Shown here one piece after another: positions 9,415-19,360 of a stretch of DNA of 57,016 nt (position 1 is the stretch's first letter; each line of letters opens with the position of its first letter). The translations under genes and the position numbers were made by a program. The notes under the pieces were generated by a model, which ran no database searches, was not told the origin of the DNA, and was given only the letters and a program-made list of their open reading frames with translations. This stretch comes from a virus (taxonomy: Duplodnaviria; Caudoviricetes), in IMG/VR virus record IMGVR_UViG_3300033076_000232, positions 1-57,016 of that record, one strand, 5' to 3'.

Positions 9415-11947
9415 TTTGAGCTCCTAAGGTTTGTTGAATTAAAGTCTGCGCTTCCAGAGCAGTTTTGACTTGCTCGTGCTGCAAGTTAGCGGCGTCGCGC
9501 GTAAGCACCGCTGACTCGATTCTCTCTTTTGTGAGATTGTTCTCAGTATTCTTGGCCATGTCGGCTTGGAGTTTCTGAGTTGAGATTTGCGCTGTTTGCT
9601 GAAGCTTTGCAGCTTCCAGTTGCAATTCTGCTTGGTCCTTGGTAGCACGGCGCTGCGTCTCTGCCATGCTAGTCTGAACAAATGCTTGTGTTGCAGGATC
9701 CATAGGCGGTTGGCCTGACAATTGCTTAATGGCAGCAATGGCGTTCTGGATGATGGGTGGCAAGGCCTTGAAGGTCTCACCAGTATCTTGGTGAACATGC
9801 TGAGCAACGGCGGCCAACAACTGATCCGCGCCTTGCGGCAGTGTTTGCTCTTTCAAAACATTGAATGGTCTATTCAACGCTGCGGAGCTATATGAATCCA
9901 CTTGGTTAAGGTACCACAGGGTCAAGTGCTGCTTCAAATGCTCTAAGCACAATGGAATGAAAGCCGGAGCCATGATGGGATTTGCACCGTACATCGGATC
10001 CTGCAAATAATCCAGGTGAACCTGAATGTGGGCCAAGTGATCTTGCCTTGGGAAGGCACCGGCATGACGGCCAAATGTCATGGCCACATTTTCCAGTGCG
10101 GGGTTCATTTCCTTCACCTCATTGGGGTCAGGCAGAACCTCGTTGATGTCAGGCAGCTTGATCTGCTTAAGGATTCGTTTCTCAACAGCAATCCGGTTAT
10201 ACAAATCAGGGTTTGCCTGAGCTCGTGCAGCCAAGGTCTGGATCTGCGCGTAACGCTGCGTTTCAGCAAAGATATGAGGGTCAGACACGGGAACAATGTC
10301 TGAGTTCTTAGCAAAGTCTTCCTTGGTAACTTCCAAGTCCTCGACCATGTCACCCTTGACCTGCTCATCCAAGTACCAGTTGTTCAGGCGGGCAATGACC
10401 TTCAACACACGGCGTTGTGAGTCGTGGAGTCGAGCATGCACAGCGCTAAACACCGCGGCGCCCTGCTCAATCAAAGCTTGTGTAGTGCCAACCGGCGCAT
10501 TGCTTGTAATGTCGGCAATCTTCTCTTCACTGGTGGTGACCACGCCCTTGGCGGCGTTGGATAACCAACCAAGGAGCTCCAACAGCACAGGAGAGGGTTG
10601 GTTAAATGGCAATGGCATGGCAATCTTACGAATGTCATCCACACCCGGTGCGCCCTCAATCTCACTGACCTGCGTAGGCTCAATGGTCAGCGACTGGCCC
10701 GATATCTTAGCTCCTTTGAGCTTAAGCATCGTGGGAGCCGTAGTAATGTGTGCAGAATCCAGTAAAGCGCGTAAAGCGCCGGTAAGAGCAGCAGATAGGC
10801 CACCAATAAGATGCGGTAAGCCAATTGCATAAGCACCTCGCCATGGAATGAACTTGAACTCGATCAACCAGTCCAACTTGGCCATGGTGTCATCACCATC
10901 TTGCCAGTTGCGGTACAAGCCAACAACCTCGGTTGTCAGATCATCAATCATTAAGATGTAAGGCGCACGCTTGCCATCGGAGTAATTGTCATCATCCAAC
11001 GAAAGCCAAGTGTAGATGTGGTACACACGGCGTACGCCGTCCACGTTATCTGCTTGGCTCTTACGACCCTCGATCTTATTGTTTGCTTTTTCTGCCTTGG
11101 ACTCTTCAGGTTCCATGGATGCGCGAACAATGTCAATGTCAATGTACAAACCACTATCAACACGCTCTTCAAAAGTCTCTTGCGTAATGTCTTGGACTTC
11201 TGTTACGCGGCCTGCAGTGTAGAAGTTAACCGCTGCAAAGGGCAAATACACATTGTCAATCGGCACAAACTCAGCGCAAGGCCTGCGCTTTTGCTCGTCG
11301 TACCAGATCTTCATGTATTGGCTACCACCAAGCGGCAACTGAGTCAACAGCTGCTCTTCCTCGTCGCGGTATTCTTCGATCTGCTCAGTCAGTTGCCAGT
11401 TCATGTAGTCGCGTTTACGCTCGGCGCGATCTACTTTCTCATCCGTAGTCTCACCAATGATCTTGGTTTTGACTGGCCCGTCTGGTGGGAATAGCTCTTT
11501 AATGGCACGGGCTGAGAAGTCAACGCAAGCCTCGGCCATCACAGGGTGGACAACCTTAGAGGCGCCGGTGAACTGCGCTCCGCCCGGTGCATCATGGCCT
11601 AAGCCCGTACGACGCAGGCCTTCTTCATATTGCTTATCACGCTCTTCGCGTGCTTCCTTGTCTTTTTCAATCAGCTCAACGTACTTGTGAGCTAATTTGC
11701 TAAGATCATAGCTTGAAAGTACGTTGGCTAAGTTCTCATAGAAGTCAGGCTCGCCATCTGGGCCTTTGGATCCATCATCCATCCGCACAATGGCCGAGCC
11801 GTCGGGCAATTCTTCTACTTCCGGAGTCTCATCTTCCATCTCATCGAACATTGTGAGAGCGGAAGGCCCAGCGGCTTCGACTTCTTCGTCTGTCATGGGC
11901 TCGATAAAACGATCGAAGTCCGGTGGGATTGGCATCTGTGTGGCCAT
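9407..11947 (-). CDS. Portal protein (P22-like, with long C-terminal helical extension)
   Basis: 846 aa; GASKVVHP, ELFPPDGPVKT, APVGTT.ALIEQG, IVPVSDP motifs; position between terminase and head genes. Confidence 0.85.
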   Translation of the reverse strand: MATQMPIPPDFDRFIEPMTDEEVEAAGPSALTMFDEMEDETPEVEELPDGSAIVRMDDGSKGPDGEPDFYENLANVLSSYDLSKLAHKYVELIEKDKEAREERDKQYEEGLRRTGLGHDAPGGAQFTGASKVVHPVMAEACVDFSARAIKELFPPDGPVKTKIIGETTDEKVDRAERKRDYMNWQLTEQIEEYRDEEEQLLTQLPLGGSQYMKIWYDEQKRRPCAEFVPIDNVYLPFAAVNFYTAGRVTEVQDITQETFEERVDSGLYIDIDIVRASMEPEESKAEKANNKIEGRKSQADNVDGVRRVYHIYTWLSLDDDNYSDGKRAPYILMIDDLTTEVVGLYRNWQDGDDTMAKLDWLIEFKFIPWRGAYAIGLPHLIGGLSAALTGALRALLDSAHITTAPTMLKLKGAKISGQSLTIEPTQVSEIEGAPGVDDIRKIAMPLPFNQPSPVLLELLGWLSNAAKGVVTTSEEKIADITSNAPVGTTQALIEQGAAVFSAVHARLHDSQRRVLKVIARLNNWYLDEQVKGDMVEDLEVTKEDFAKNSDIVPVSDPHIFAETQRYAQIQTLAARAQANPDLYNRIAVEKRILKQIKLPDINEVLPDPNEVKEMNPALENVAMTFGRHAGAFPRQDHLAHIQVHLDYLQDPMYGANPIMAPAFIPLCLEHLKQHLTLWYLNQVDSYSSAALNRPFNVLKEQTLPQGADQLLAAVAQHVHQDTGETFKALPPIIQNAIAAIKQLSGQPPMDPATQAFVQTSMAETQRRATKDQAELQLEAAKLQQTAQISTQKLQADMAKNTENNLTKERIESAVLTRDAANLQHEQVKTALEAQTLIQQTLGAQNG

Positions 11948-11950
11948 AAA

Positions 11951-14900
11951 TTATTTTCTCCGCATCATAAGTGCATACCGCATTTGGTCTGTAGTCGGAT
12001 TTTGTTGGACTATACCACCGTTTGCCTTCTTGATGAAGGCTTTATCAGAAGTTTGAGTACGCGATGCACGCTCTGCAGCTTCTTGTACAAGATCTTCCAG
12101 CTCAGCCTGTGACTTGGCTCTCTGCCCCAGTTGTGCCCCAATCGTGTTGTTGTGGGTATCCATGCCATAGTCGGCAGGCATTTTCCCGCCAAACACGGAT
12201 TTGACGGCTTGAAGCGGAGAAGTCGTGAACTCATGAGCTTTGCCTAAGAACTCAGCAACTCCTGGGCCATACTTTCGTGAAAGAGTGCCAGCAGCCAGCA
12301 TATGACGGGCCGCGTCACGCTGATCATCCTGCCCTTTTTGGCCGGGGTACATTTCATAGGCCACAGTCTCCGAGTAAGTCGGGACACTGAACAGCCAAGG
12401 AGTCGGGACATCAGCTTTTACTGACCCACCTTTTTGGTAGCCGCGAACTGGGCCACCGTTGGCAAAGCCACCTTCAGCGCGGTACCTGTCAATAAGGTTA
12501 TTCAACTCTATCTCTAACGCAGCTAACAGCGAATTTGACCATTCATACCCTGCTGAAGCCATACCCATAATGTTTTCAAACGCTTCTTCACCAGTACGAT
12601 TCAGTGCTCTTAAATGCTGTCTGATCAGTCGCACAGCTTCGCGTGGGCTATCCAATTCACTATAGTACATTTCTTCTAAGTCATTTACGACAGACTCAGC
12701 GGCAGCGCGGTACTCAAGCGCTTGCTCAAATTGGTCTTGCATTCCCAGCTCTTCAGCACGACGCTCAAGCTCATCAGCAACTAAGCTAAGAGTACTTCGC
12801 TGTAAGTCAGTTGTTCTAAGCGTGAAGTCGCCAAGAGAATCACCTACACCCATAACGTTCTCAAGAAACTCCCTTGCATTGCGAGGGTCACGCAATATGT
12901 TAGCAACTCGACGGTAATCAGCAGTAATCCTAATAGGGTCATCATCACTAAACTCAATCAGCATATCAGTGATCTGCGGCACACGAGCTGCAATTGCTTG
13001 TTGACGAGGCGTCATGGCAGGCTCGGGAGGTACGCCATTCGGGTTAAGTCGTCTATACGCTTCATTAAGTGACAAACGACTCATTTCAAGCGCAGTGGCT
13101 TGCGCTGCACGTGGGCGCTCTGTTGGAGGCAACCCACGTAGTATCTCATGATCATACTGGTTATTCTCCAACAATGTGATAGCATCATCATAATGCTCTG
13201 GCCCTTCCTCATCCATAAGACGCTGCGCAAAATCACGAGGGTTGAACTCAATGTAATTAGCACGCTGGCGAAGTGCTTGCGCATAATCACGACGCTCGTT
13301 TTCAGCTAAAGGCGCCCAATGCATATTACCCATACCAGACATTGCAAACGCCATTGCACGCAAGTCATTAGGGTCTGATTCAGGATTATTTAATATATCT
13401 TCAACTTGAATTATGCGATCATTGCGCTGATTATCAAGATCCGCAGCGCGTAAAGCTGTAGGCGGCGCAATTAAATCAGCAAGCTCATTTAAACCACTTA
13501 CCACAGCAACATGCTCAAGTGCAGGGTTTACGCGACGCAATGCCTCAGCGTAGCCTGTAGGATTCAATCGTGGGTTAATTTGCTCGGCAATGCGATGCGC
13601 GACAGTGTCAAACCTTTCGCTAATAACACCGCCCAAGTTTGCTGCAATACCATCAGTAATGCGATCCACAGCACCAGTAAAATCAAATGGTTGTGCTGCT
13701 TGCTGTACAGGGGCAACTTCAGGCTCCCAATCACGCATGAACTCGCTTTCCATCATGTCTGCCAACTCATTTAGCGCAATCTCAACAGTGCCGCGGTCTG
13801 CGTATTCTGCTCTTTCACGTAGAGCCGCAATGAATTGCTCTGTATTTTGCGTAGGGTCAATGAGTTGCCGCTCTGTAATACGACGAATAATGCTACTCAT
13901 CTCATTGCCGGCTTCTTCGCCCATTTCACGGCTAAGTTGCATTGTTGCGTCATGCGTCATGCGCAAATAATCAGGTCTACCTTCAGGCGCTAAGCGATTA
14001 TTTTGCAGCCAATTATTAAACTCAGTCTCTAATGCCCGTACGTCATTTGGGTGTACTGTGTTACTCCAGCGATTTGCAAAATCTTGCAAGTATTGCTGCT
14101 GCTCAGGTGTTAAGCGATCGCGGTAGCGACCAAGAATATCTTCAGCATCCAAATTATCAGGTATAGGGTCGCCACGTTGCGCAACTGCACGAGGTCGTTG
14201 ATTTGCTTCAGCAGCTTGGCGCGCAATTGCGTAGTCAATGTGTCCTTGCAAGTCGTCAATCAAATCTTGAATGCCTTCAGCAATAATATTAGCCGCGACC
14301 CTGTTACTATTGGCATACTCAGATTCTAGGTCATACAAGCGCTGCTTTGTAAGTACCAAGGCTTGAACAGGGCCTTGCGCATTAAGGTACGCATTAAAGT
14401 AATCACGAATGTCTGCAAAGAAAGTTTCTGCTAATGTGGTGCGGCTTTCTTCGCCTGCTTCAACAAACGCGCGACGCTGTGAGTCCAATACATTATCAAT
14501 TGCTGATGACATAGCGCCTGTTGCGTATGCCTCTAAGCTTTCACTTGGTCGTTGCGACATAACTGCAGGCGTTTGCACTGCAGGCTCATTAGCTTTTAGA
14601 TTCTCAATGTAATTGCGCAACTCCGGGGTTGTAATAAACCTTGGCAAATTTGAAAGATCATACTTTGCAAACTCAGATATAGGCATATTGATCATGCCTG
14701 CCAACTTGGTACTTGTTGAACGCTCACTGTCGCTAATGCCTGTGGTGTTATACAGGTTGTCGCCTACATCATGAATCGAATCTGCGCGGCTGTTAAGATA
14801 AGACTTAATGCCTTCAACGTACTCAGGCTTGATTTTGCCGTTTCTGCGACCTGAAGCAAAATTGATGTTGTATCTACCAGTTCTTGATGAAGGGTTAAAG

Positions 14901-17245
14901 TCAAAAATGGCAACAGGCTCACCAGTAACAGTATCCCTAAAGCTTACCATTTGCGAGCCGTCTCTAACAGCGTTAATGTACGTTGTTCTAGGGCTCGTTG
15001 CATTAGGGTTTTTCTCGCCCGTAGCCACGTTGTAAATAGGCTCATACTGGCGATTGCCAGTGCCGGGGTGCCAAAGGTTAGGCCGTCCAGATGTAGTACC
15101 ACCTTCGCCAATACAGACATCCAACGCCGTAGTGTCCTCACTAACTAACTTGGCAACCTCATCAGGGGTAAACCGATCAGTAATTTCCAAAGCGCCAACA
15201 TTACCAAAGACTTTGTCATTAGGAATATGCGCATCAGCAGAACGTTTAAACTGCGTATCAACTGCATTCTTATACGCAGCTACTGCGGCTTGCTCTTTTC
15301 TCTCTTTGTCAATACGCTCTTCAGCTGTTTGGCGTATGTACTTTTCAACAGTCATCTTTGGCACTTTGTCCAAATGTATTTTGCGCGACATGACATCGTC
15401 ATAGAATTTGCGCGCAAGATCTTCAAAGCCAAGATTACGTAATTGTCTGACACTTGCAGTGTATGCACGCTCGTTGTCAGGTGTTCGCATTAACGATGGG
15501 TAGAACTGCTGCTCAGCATACTCCAATTCGTTTCGTAACTCTTGTGCGGTAGGCGCACTGATTGCTTGATCAACTGCATTCTCATACGCAGCGCCAAGTC
15601 GTAGATTGTCAACTAACTTTTGCTGCTTTTTATACGCCTCAGTTGCCTTAGCGGCTTCGCGTGATGCTTGTGCAAAAGGCTCGTATCTGCCAATGTTCAT
15701 GCCTTCGACTGGGCGGCCTGTATTAGGGTCAATTGCGCCATAACCTTGCGCAAGCCCTGCCGCCTGCTGTTCACGTGCATAAGCCGTAGCTTCAGTTGCT
15801 TGTTGGCGTAAGTCTTCTAATTGCTGATTCGCTGCGATAAGCGCTTCGTCAGTTGCTGTTTTAGCGGGCATACCAGCGTATGTACGCTTATTGCCTATAG
15901 CTCTACCTGACATGTCAGCCACGTTAAACACGTCCTCAGGCGGATTAAACGTCAAACCTTGCCCCGCCAACTTAGCAGCAGGCTCATTAGGGGTGCCAAC
16001 TTTTTCAAGGATGTAATTCGTAAATTGCGAGTTAAGCCAATTAGCAGCAGCTTCATGCATGGCAGGCAGTTCATCCGCTGACGGTAAGTCAAGTGCAGCT
16101 CTGAATTGTATGCCTTCCGGTGTTTGCAAGAACTCGTCATACATGCCTAATGTATGCGCAGCCGACGCTTCCCTGTCACTGAATCTAGCCTTGTATGCTT
16201 GCACCGCTTCAGCCGGCGTAGGTGCGTCTGGGTACATTTCAGCGGCTTTTTGCTTAATGAACTTCTCAAACGCCTTGCGTGCAGGGATGGCTTCAGGCAC
16301 AGCCAGGATTTTATTTTGTATTTCATCTAACGCCTGTAAGGGCGTCATAGTTGTGCTATCAATAACACTGCTGACAATGTCATACGCAGGTGAGTGTGTT
16401 GCAGAAGCTTGCTTCGCAGTTGCAGGCATCACAGCTGTTTGAAGCCTTGAGCCTTCAGGTCGCATAGCATACATTGGCTGCCCTGCCATTGCAGAAAGTA
16501 TTTCAGCTGATGTACCACCTTTAGCCAATATGTCTTGCACAATGGGGTCAAGCGCCTTTTCAACTCGCATGCCTGCCTGCGTAACTCCGCGTTCAGCTTG
16601 TCCAAGCCTAGAGCCCATTGTTGGCTGACCTGTGATTGGGTCTAACTTCTGCAGACCTGATTGTGCATTGGCAAAGTCTGTGGGGATATCGCGTACTTGG
16701 CGTCCAACCCTTGTGGCCTCAGCGCCCATAACCCGCAGATCATTAGGGGTAAATGCTGGGCGGCCGGTTTGCAGATGCCCAAGGTACGCGGGCAAGTCTG
16801 CCATGACAGGCGCGATCGCAGATGCGAATTCCTGTGTCAGCGGCGTTTGCGGGGCGTTGGCCTCCATGAACTGCTTGGCAACTTGCTCGGCGTATGCCGG
16901 TGCTTTGCCTGAAGTGTATGTGCCGCTTGGTGATGTGAGGATACTTTCACCAACGCCTTTGACCGCAGCAACTGCAGGCACGGTGACAATACCTGCTGCT
17001 TCACGCATGGACTTTGCCATCATCAGCGGATTGAACTTCGTTGCCAGCTGCGTGAAGTTGCCTGCTGCGGCTTCTAGTGGGTTGGCACTAGGCGGTGTTT
17101 GCGCTGGGGGAACAGGCCGGTCGTACCCGGGGATTTGAGAAGACAATGGCTGGTTCTTTTTGACCAGCTCCAGTTTCATTTGATCTAGACTAGGTGCGCC
17201 ATCATCGCCCACGTAGTTGCCTTGCTCGTCGTAGATTGCTGCCAT
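11951..17245 (-). CDS. Giant multidomain protein (1764 aa) with a PcfJ-like segment and a C-terminal DUF6973-like RH/HE/DxHNN domain
   Basis: Long uninterrupted ORF; LDVCIG...SFRD..GEP segment; DAARHMLAA...AHE...MDTHNNTIG. Confidence 0.75.
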   Translation of the reverse strand: MAAIYDEQGNYVGDDGAPSLDQMKLELVKKNQPLSSQIPGYDRPVPPAQTPPSANPLEAAAGNFTQLATKFNPLMMAKSMREAAGIVTVPAVAAVKGVGESILTSPSGTYTSGKAPAYAEQVAKQFMEANAPQTPLTQEFASAIAPVMADLPAYLGHLQTGRPAFTPNDLRVMGAEATRVGRQVRDIPTDFANAQSGLQKLDPITGQPTMGSRLGQAERGVTQAGMRVEKALDPIVQDILAKGGTSAEILSAMAGQPMYAMRPEGSRLQTAVMPATAKQASATHSPAYDIVSSVIDSTTMTPLQALDEIQNKILAVPEAIPARKAFEKFIKQKAAEMYPDAPTPAEAVQAYKARFSDREASAAHTLGMYDEFLQTPEGIQFRAALDLPSADELPAMHEAAANWLNSQFTNYILEKVGTPNEPAAKLAGQGLTFNPPEDVFNVADMSGRAIGNKRTYAGMPAKTATDEALIAANQQLEDLRQQATEATAYAREQQAAGLAQGYGAIDPNTGRPVEGMNIGRYEPFAQASREAAKATEAYKKQQKLVDNLRLGAAYENAVDQAISAPTAQELRNELEYAEQQFYPSLMRTPDNERAYTASVRQLRNLGFEDLARKFYDDVMSRKIHLDKVPKMTVEKYIRQTAEERIDKERKEQAAVAAYKNAVDTQFKRSADAHIPNDKVFGNVGALEITDRFTPDEVAKLVSEDTTALDVCIGEGGTTSGRPNLWHPGTGNRQYEPIYNVATGEKNPNATSPRTTYINAVRDGSQMVSFRDTVTGEPVAIFDFNPSSRTGRYNINFASGRRNGKIKPEYVEGIKSYLNSRADSIHDVGDNLYNTTGISDSERSTSTKLAGMINMPISEFAKYDLSNLPRFITTPELRNYIENLKANEPAVQTPAVMSQRPSESLEAYATGAMSSAIDNVLDSQRRAFVEAGEESRTTLAETFFADIRDYFNAYLNAQGPVQALVLTKQRLYDLESEYANSNRVAANIIAEGIQDLIDDLQGHIDYAIARQAAEANQRPRAVAQRGDPIPDNLDAEDILGRYRDRLTPEQQQYLQDFANRWSNTVHPNDVRALETEFNNWLQNNRLAPEGRPDYLRMTHDATMQLSREMGEEAGNEMSSIIRRITERQLIDPTQNTEQFIAALRERAEYADRGTVEIALNELADMMESEFMRDWEPEVAPVQQAAQPFDFTGAVDRITDGIAANLGGVISERFDTVAHRIAEQINPRLNPTGYAEALRRVNPALEHVAVVSGLNELADLIAPPTALRAADLDNQRNDRIIQVEDILNNPESDPNDLRAMAFAMSGMGNMHWAPLAENERRDYAQALRQRANYIEFNPRDFAQRLMDEEGPEHYDDAITLLENNQYDHEILRGLPPTERPRAAQATALEMSRLSLNEAYRRLNPNGVPPEPAMTPRQQAIAARVPQITDMLIEFSDDDPIRITADYRRVANILRDPRNAREFLENVMGVGDSLGDFTLRTTDLQRSTLSLVADELERRAEELGMQDQFEQALEYRAAAESVVNDLEEMYYSELDSPREAVRLIRQHLRALNRTGEEAFENIMGMASAGYEWSNSLLAALEIELNNLIDRYRAEGGFANGGPVRGYQKGGSVKADVPTPWLFSVPTYSETVAYEMYPGQKGQDDQRDAARHMLAAGTLSRKYGPGVAEFLGKAHEFTTSPLQAVKSVFGGKMPADYGMDTHNNTIGAQLGQRAKSQAELEDLVQEAAERASRTQTSDKAFIKKANGGIVQQNPTTDQMRYALMMRRK

Positions 17246-17259
17246 GTGCGCACCTTAAG

Positions 17260-18687
17260 TTAGACTGCGTAAGGGTTTACCCTTCTCGGACGATCTTCGT
17301 CGTAGTCGTCTTCCGGATTGTATACCGGGTCGATGGAAATTAACCCTAAGTCTCGCAAAACTCTTAATGCCTGTGATGTGGAGTCCACCAAGTCATCGTG
17401 CCGGACTTCTGGAAAGGCACACAACTGGCTAACCAAGGGCTCGGCCCAATCACGAGCCATTCCCGGGTTGACTGTGGACTCGGGAATATAGACTCGGCCC
17501 TTGGCAATGATGGGCGATATGATGTTGAGGCGCATCATCTTGTCCGCATTCCCGGGATTGTAGCTTCTGACTGGCAGGCCGGCACGTTGCAAGTCTTGCA
17601 GGAGTGAGATACCCGCGCTCTTGTCTTCAATCAAGATCAGGTCTACCTTTTTCCCGTGACCGAACTCATTCTCGTCGCCGTAAATGGCGGTGGACTCCTC
17701 GATCACTTTGGGTCTGAGGTCGGGGTACTGCATGTACTCCTCCCAGCAATCGATGAGCATCACGCTCATAGGCTTATCGGGACTTGGCCTAAAGATGCCC
17801 CACACTGTGCAAGCCGTGGGATCGTTCTTGGTCTTGTCGCTGGTTGCGCAGTCATAAGACTGGACCACGTACTCAAATCGGGGCAGGGGCTTCTCGGCTT
17901 CCCAAAGCTTAAACCAGTTACGTTTGATGACACCGGCTTCCTCGGGATCCAAGATCTCGGCGTGAATCTCTTGTCTGCCAAGCTTCGTGCCTTCGTATTG
18001 CAAGATCTGCGCTTGGAATGATGGGGCGAGGTTGTGGATGTTATCGTACGTGCTGGCCTTGGTACATATCACATCATCGCCATCTCTGTTCACCAGATCC
18101 ACGATCAAGGGCTTGGGCTTAGGCGTTGTGGTGCATAGCATCAGGGGCTTTTGCCCAAGTCGCATGCCGAACTGAATCATGTCCCAGGATTCGTCAAGGT
18201 AGTCCCATGCAGCAAGCTCATCAAACCAGCCACCATGAAACTGAGGTCCGCGGAAACGGGATGGCTCGGACGCGGGGATCCCTTTGATCAACGAGCCGTT
18301 GATGAGGTAGATCTCATGAAGTGATCGAGTATAGTGATCAATGAGCTGCTCTGGGATCACGGTGATGAGACCTGAGTCTCCCTCAAAGCAAACGTCGCGG
18401 ACATCGGATGATGTGGGAGCGGAGACAAGCCACCGAGTCTTTGGCTTTGTCCAAGCTTCGTACCACAGCCATTCGGCAGCTGCACGAGTCTTACCTGCGC
18501 CTCGACCCGCCAACAAAAGCCAAATGTTCCACCAATCACCGGGAGGCGGAACCTGATGGTCATTGGCTATTGTCAGCCAGCTTTGTCGAGCCTTGTGCGC
18601 AGCTTTGCGCTCTTCCGACATGAGGTTAAGATTCGGACCCTTACGAATCCGATCTGCGAACTCATTTGCCTTTGCTTGACTTAGCAT
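17260..18687 (-). CDS. terL: Terminase large subunit
   Basis: Walker A AGRGAGKT, Walker B WFDE, TTTPKP coupling motif, RNase H-like SYDCAT and HDDLVD. Confidence 0.93.
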   Translation of the reverse strand: MLSQAKANEFADRIRKGPNLNLMSEERKAAHKARQSWLTIANDHQVPPPGDWWNIWLLLAGRGAGKTRAAAEWLWYEAWTKPKTRWLVSAPTSSDVRDVCFEGDSGLITVIPEQLIDHYTRSLHEIYLINGSLIKGIPASEPSRFRGPQFHGGWFDELAAWDYLDESWDMIQFGMRLGQKPLMLCTTTPKPKPLIVDLVNRDGDDVICTKASTYDNIHNLAPSFQAQILQYEGTKLGRQEIHAEILDPEEAGVIKRNWFKLWEAEKPLPRFEYVVQSYDCATSDKTKNDPTACTVWGIFRPSPDKPMSVMLIDCWEEYMQYPDLRPKVIEESTAIYGDENEFGHGKKVDLILIEDKSAGISLLQDLQRAGLPVRSYNPGNADKMMRLNIISPIIAKGRVYIPESTVNPGMARDWAEPLVSQLCAFPEVRHDDLVDSTSQALRVLRDLGLISIDPVYNPEDDYDEDRPRRVNPYAV

Positions 18688-19132
18688 CTGCTTGGCGCGT
18701 GGCTAGAAGATCATCCAACAGGTTTTGTGAGAAGTCATGGATCATGTCGACCTCGATCGGCCCGTCATTCTTGCCTGTGACCTCAACCTTGGAGTTCTCA
18801 CGGTATTGCTCGGGGAACCGTGCTGCCATGCTTCGGCTCCAAAGCCCCGTGTTCAGCTTGATCCCGCCAGGAGCTTCGCGTATGTGATCATGCGCCAAGT
18901 CTTCCCAGTAAGCAAGTGCATGAAGTCGTGCTTCTTCTAAGGAAGCTCGAAAATCTTCGTGTGCGCCTTCCCAAGCCTTCATATTGTTGATGCCAATGTC
19001 TAGGCGCGAGCAGATTTGCCAACGCGATAAGCCCTCTTTGCCAAGGGCCACGACTTGGTCGCAGTATGCTGGGTCGTACTTTGACGGACGGCCCAAGAAC
19101 TTTCCGTTCTTAGATGGTGTCTTTGTAGTCAT
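18662..19132 (-). CDS. terS: Terminase small subunit
   Basis: GRPSKY..YC N-terminal HTH, EVTGKNDGPI tail; overlaps the terL start. Confidence 0.85.
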   Translation of the reverse strand: MTTKTPSKNGKFLGRPSKYDPAYCDQVVALGKEGLSRWQICSRLDIGINNMKAWEGAHEDFRASLEEARLHALAYWEDLAHDHIREAPGGIKLNTGLWSRSMAARFPEQYRENSKVEVTGKNDGPIEVDMIHDFSQNLLDDLLATRQADAKSSKGK

Positions 19133-19174
19133 GTGCGGATTTTAACCATAAAGTTGGAAGTGTGTACATTTAAT

Positions 19175-19350
19175 TGGACGGGTTACAGGTTACAGGTTAC
19201 AGACCGTCCAGAAAACTATATATACATGCAATACTTATATATCTAATATCTTTTATAAAAATATAGTAACCTACTGTAACCTTGTAACTATTCAATCTGG
19301 ATAAGGCCCCGCGAGGTAACAGTTCAGGTAACACTTTTCTGAAGTTACAG
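19175..19350. repeat. Candidate replication origin: GGTTACA x3, AT-rich core, inverted GTAACC repeats
   Basis: GGTTACA tandem at 19181-19201, AT-rich 19212-19265, (T)GTAAC copies at 19266, 19275, 19283, 19316, 19328; adjacent to the primase-helicase 3' end. Confidence 0.65.
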
Positions 19351-19360
19351 TGCCAAGTCA

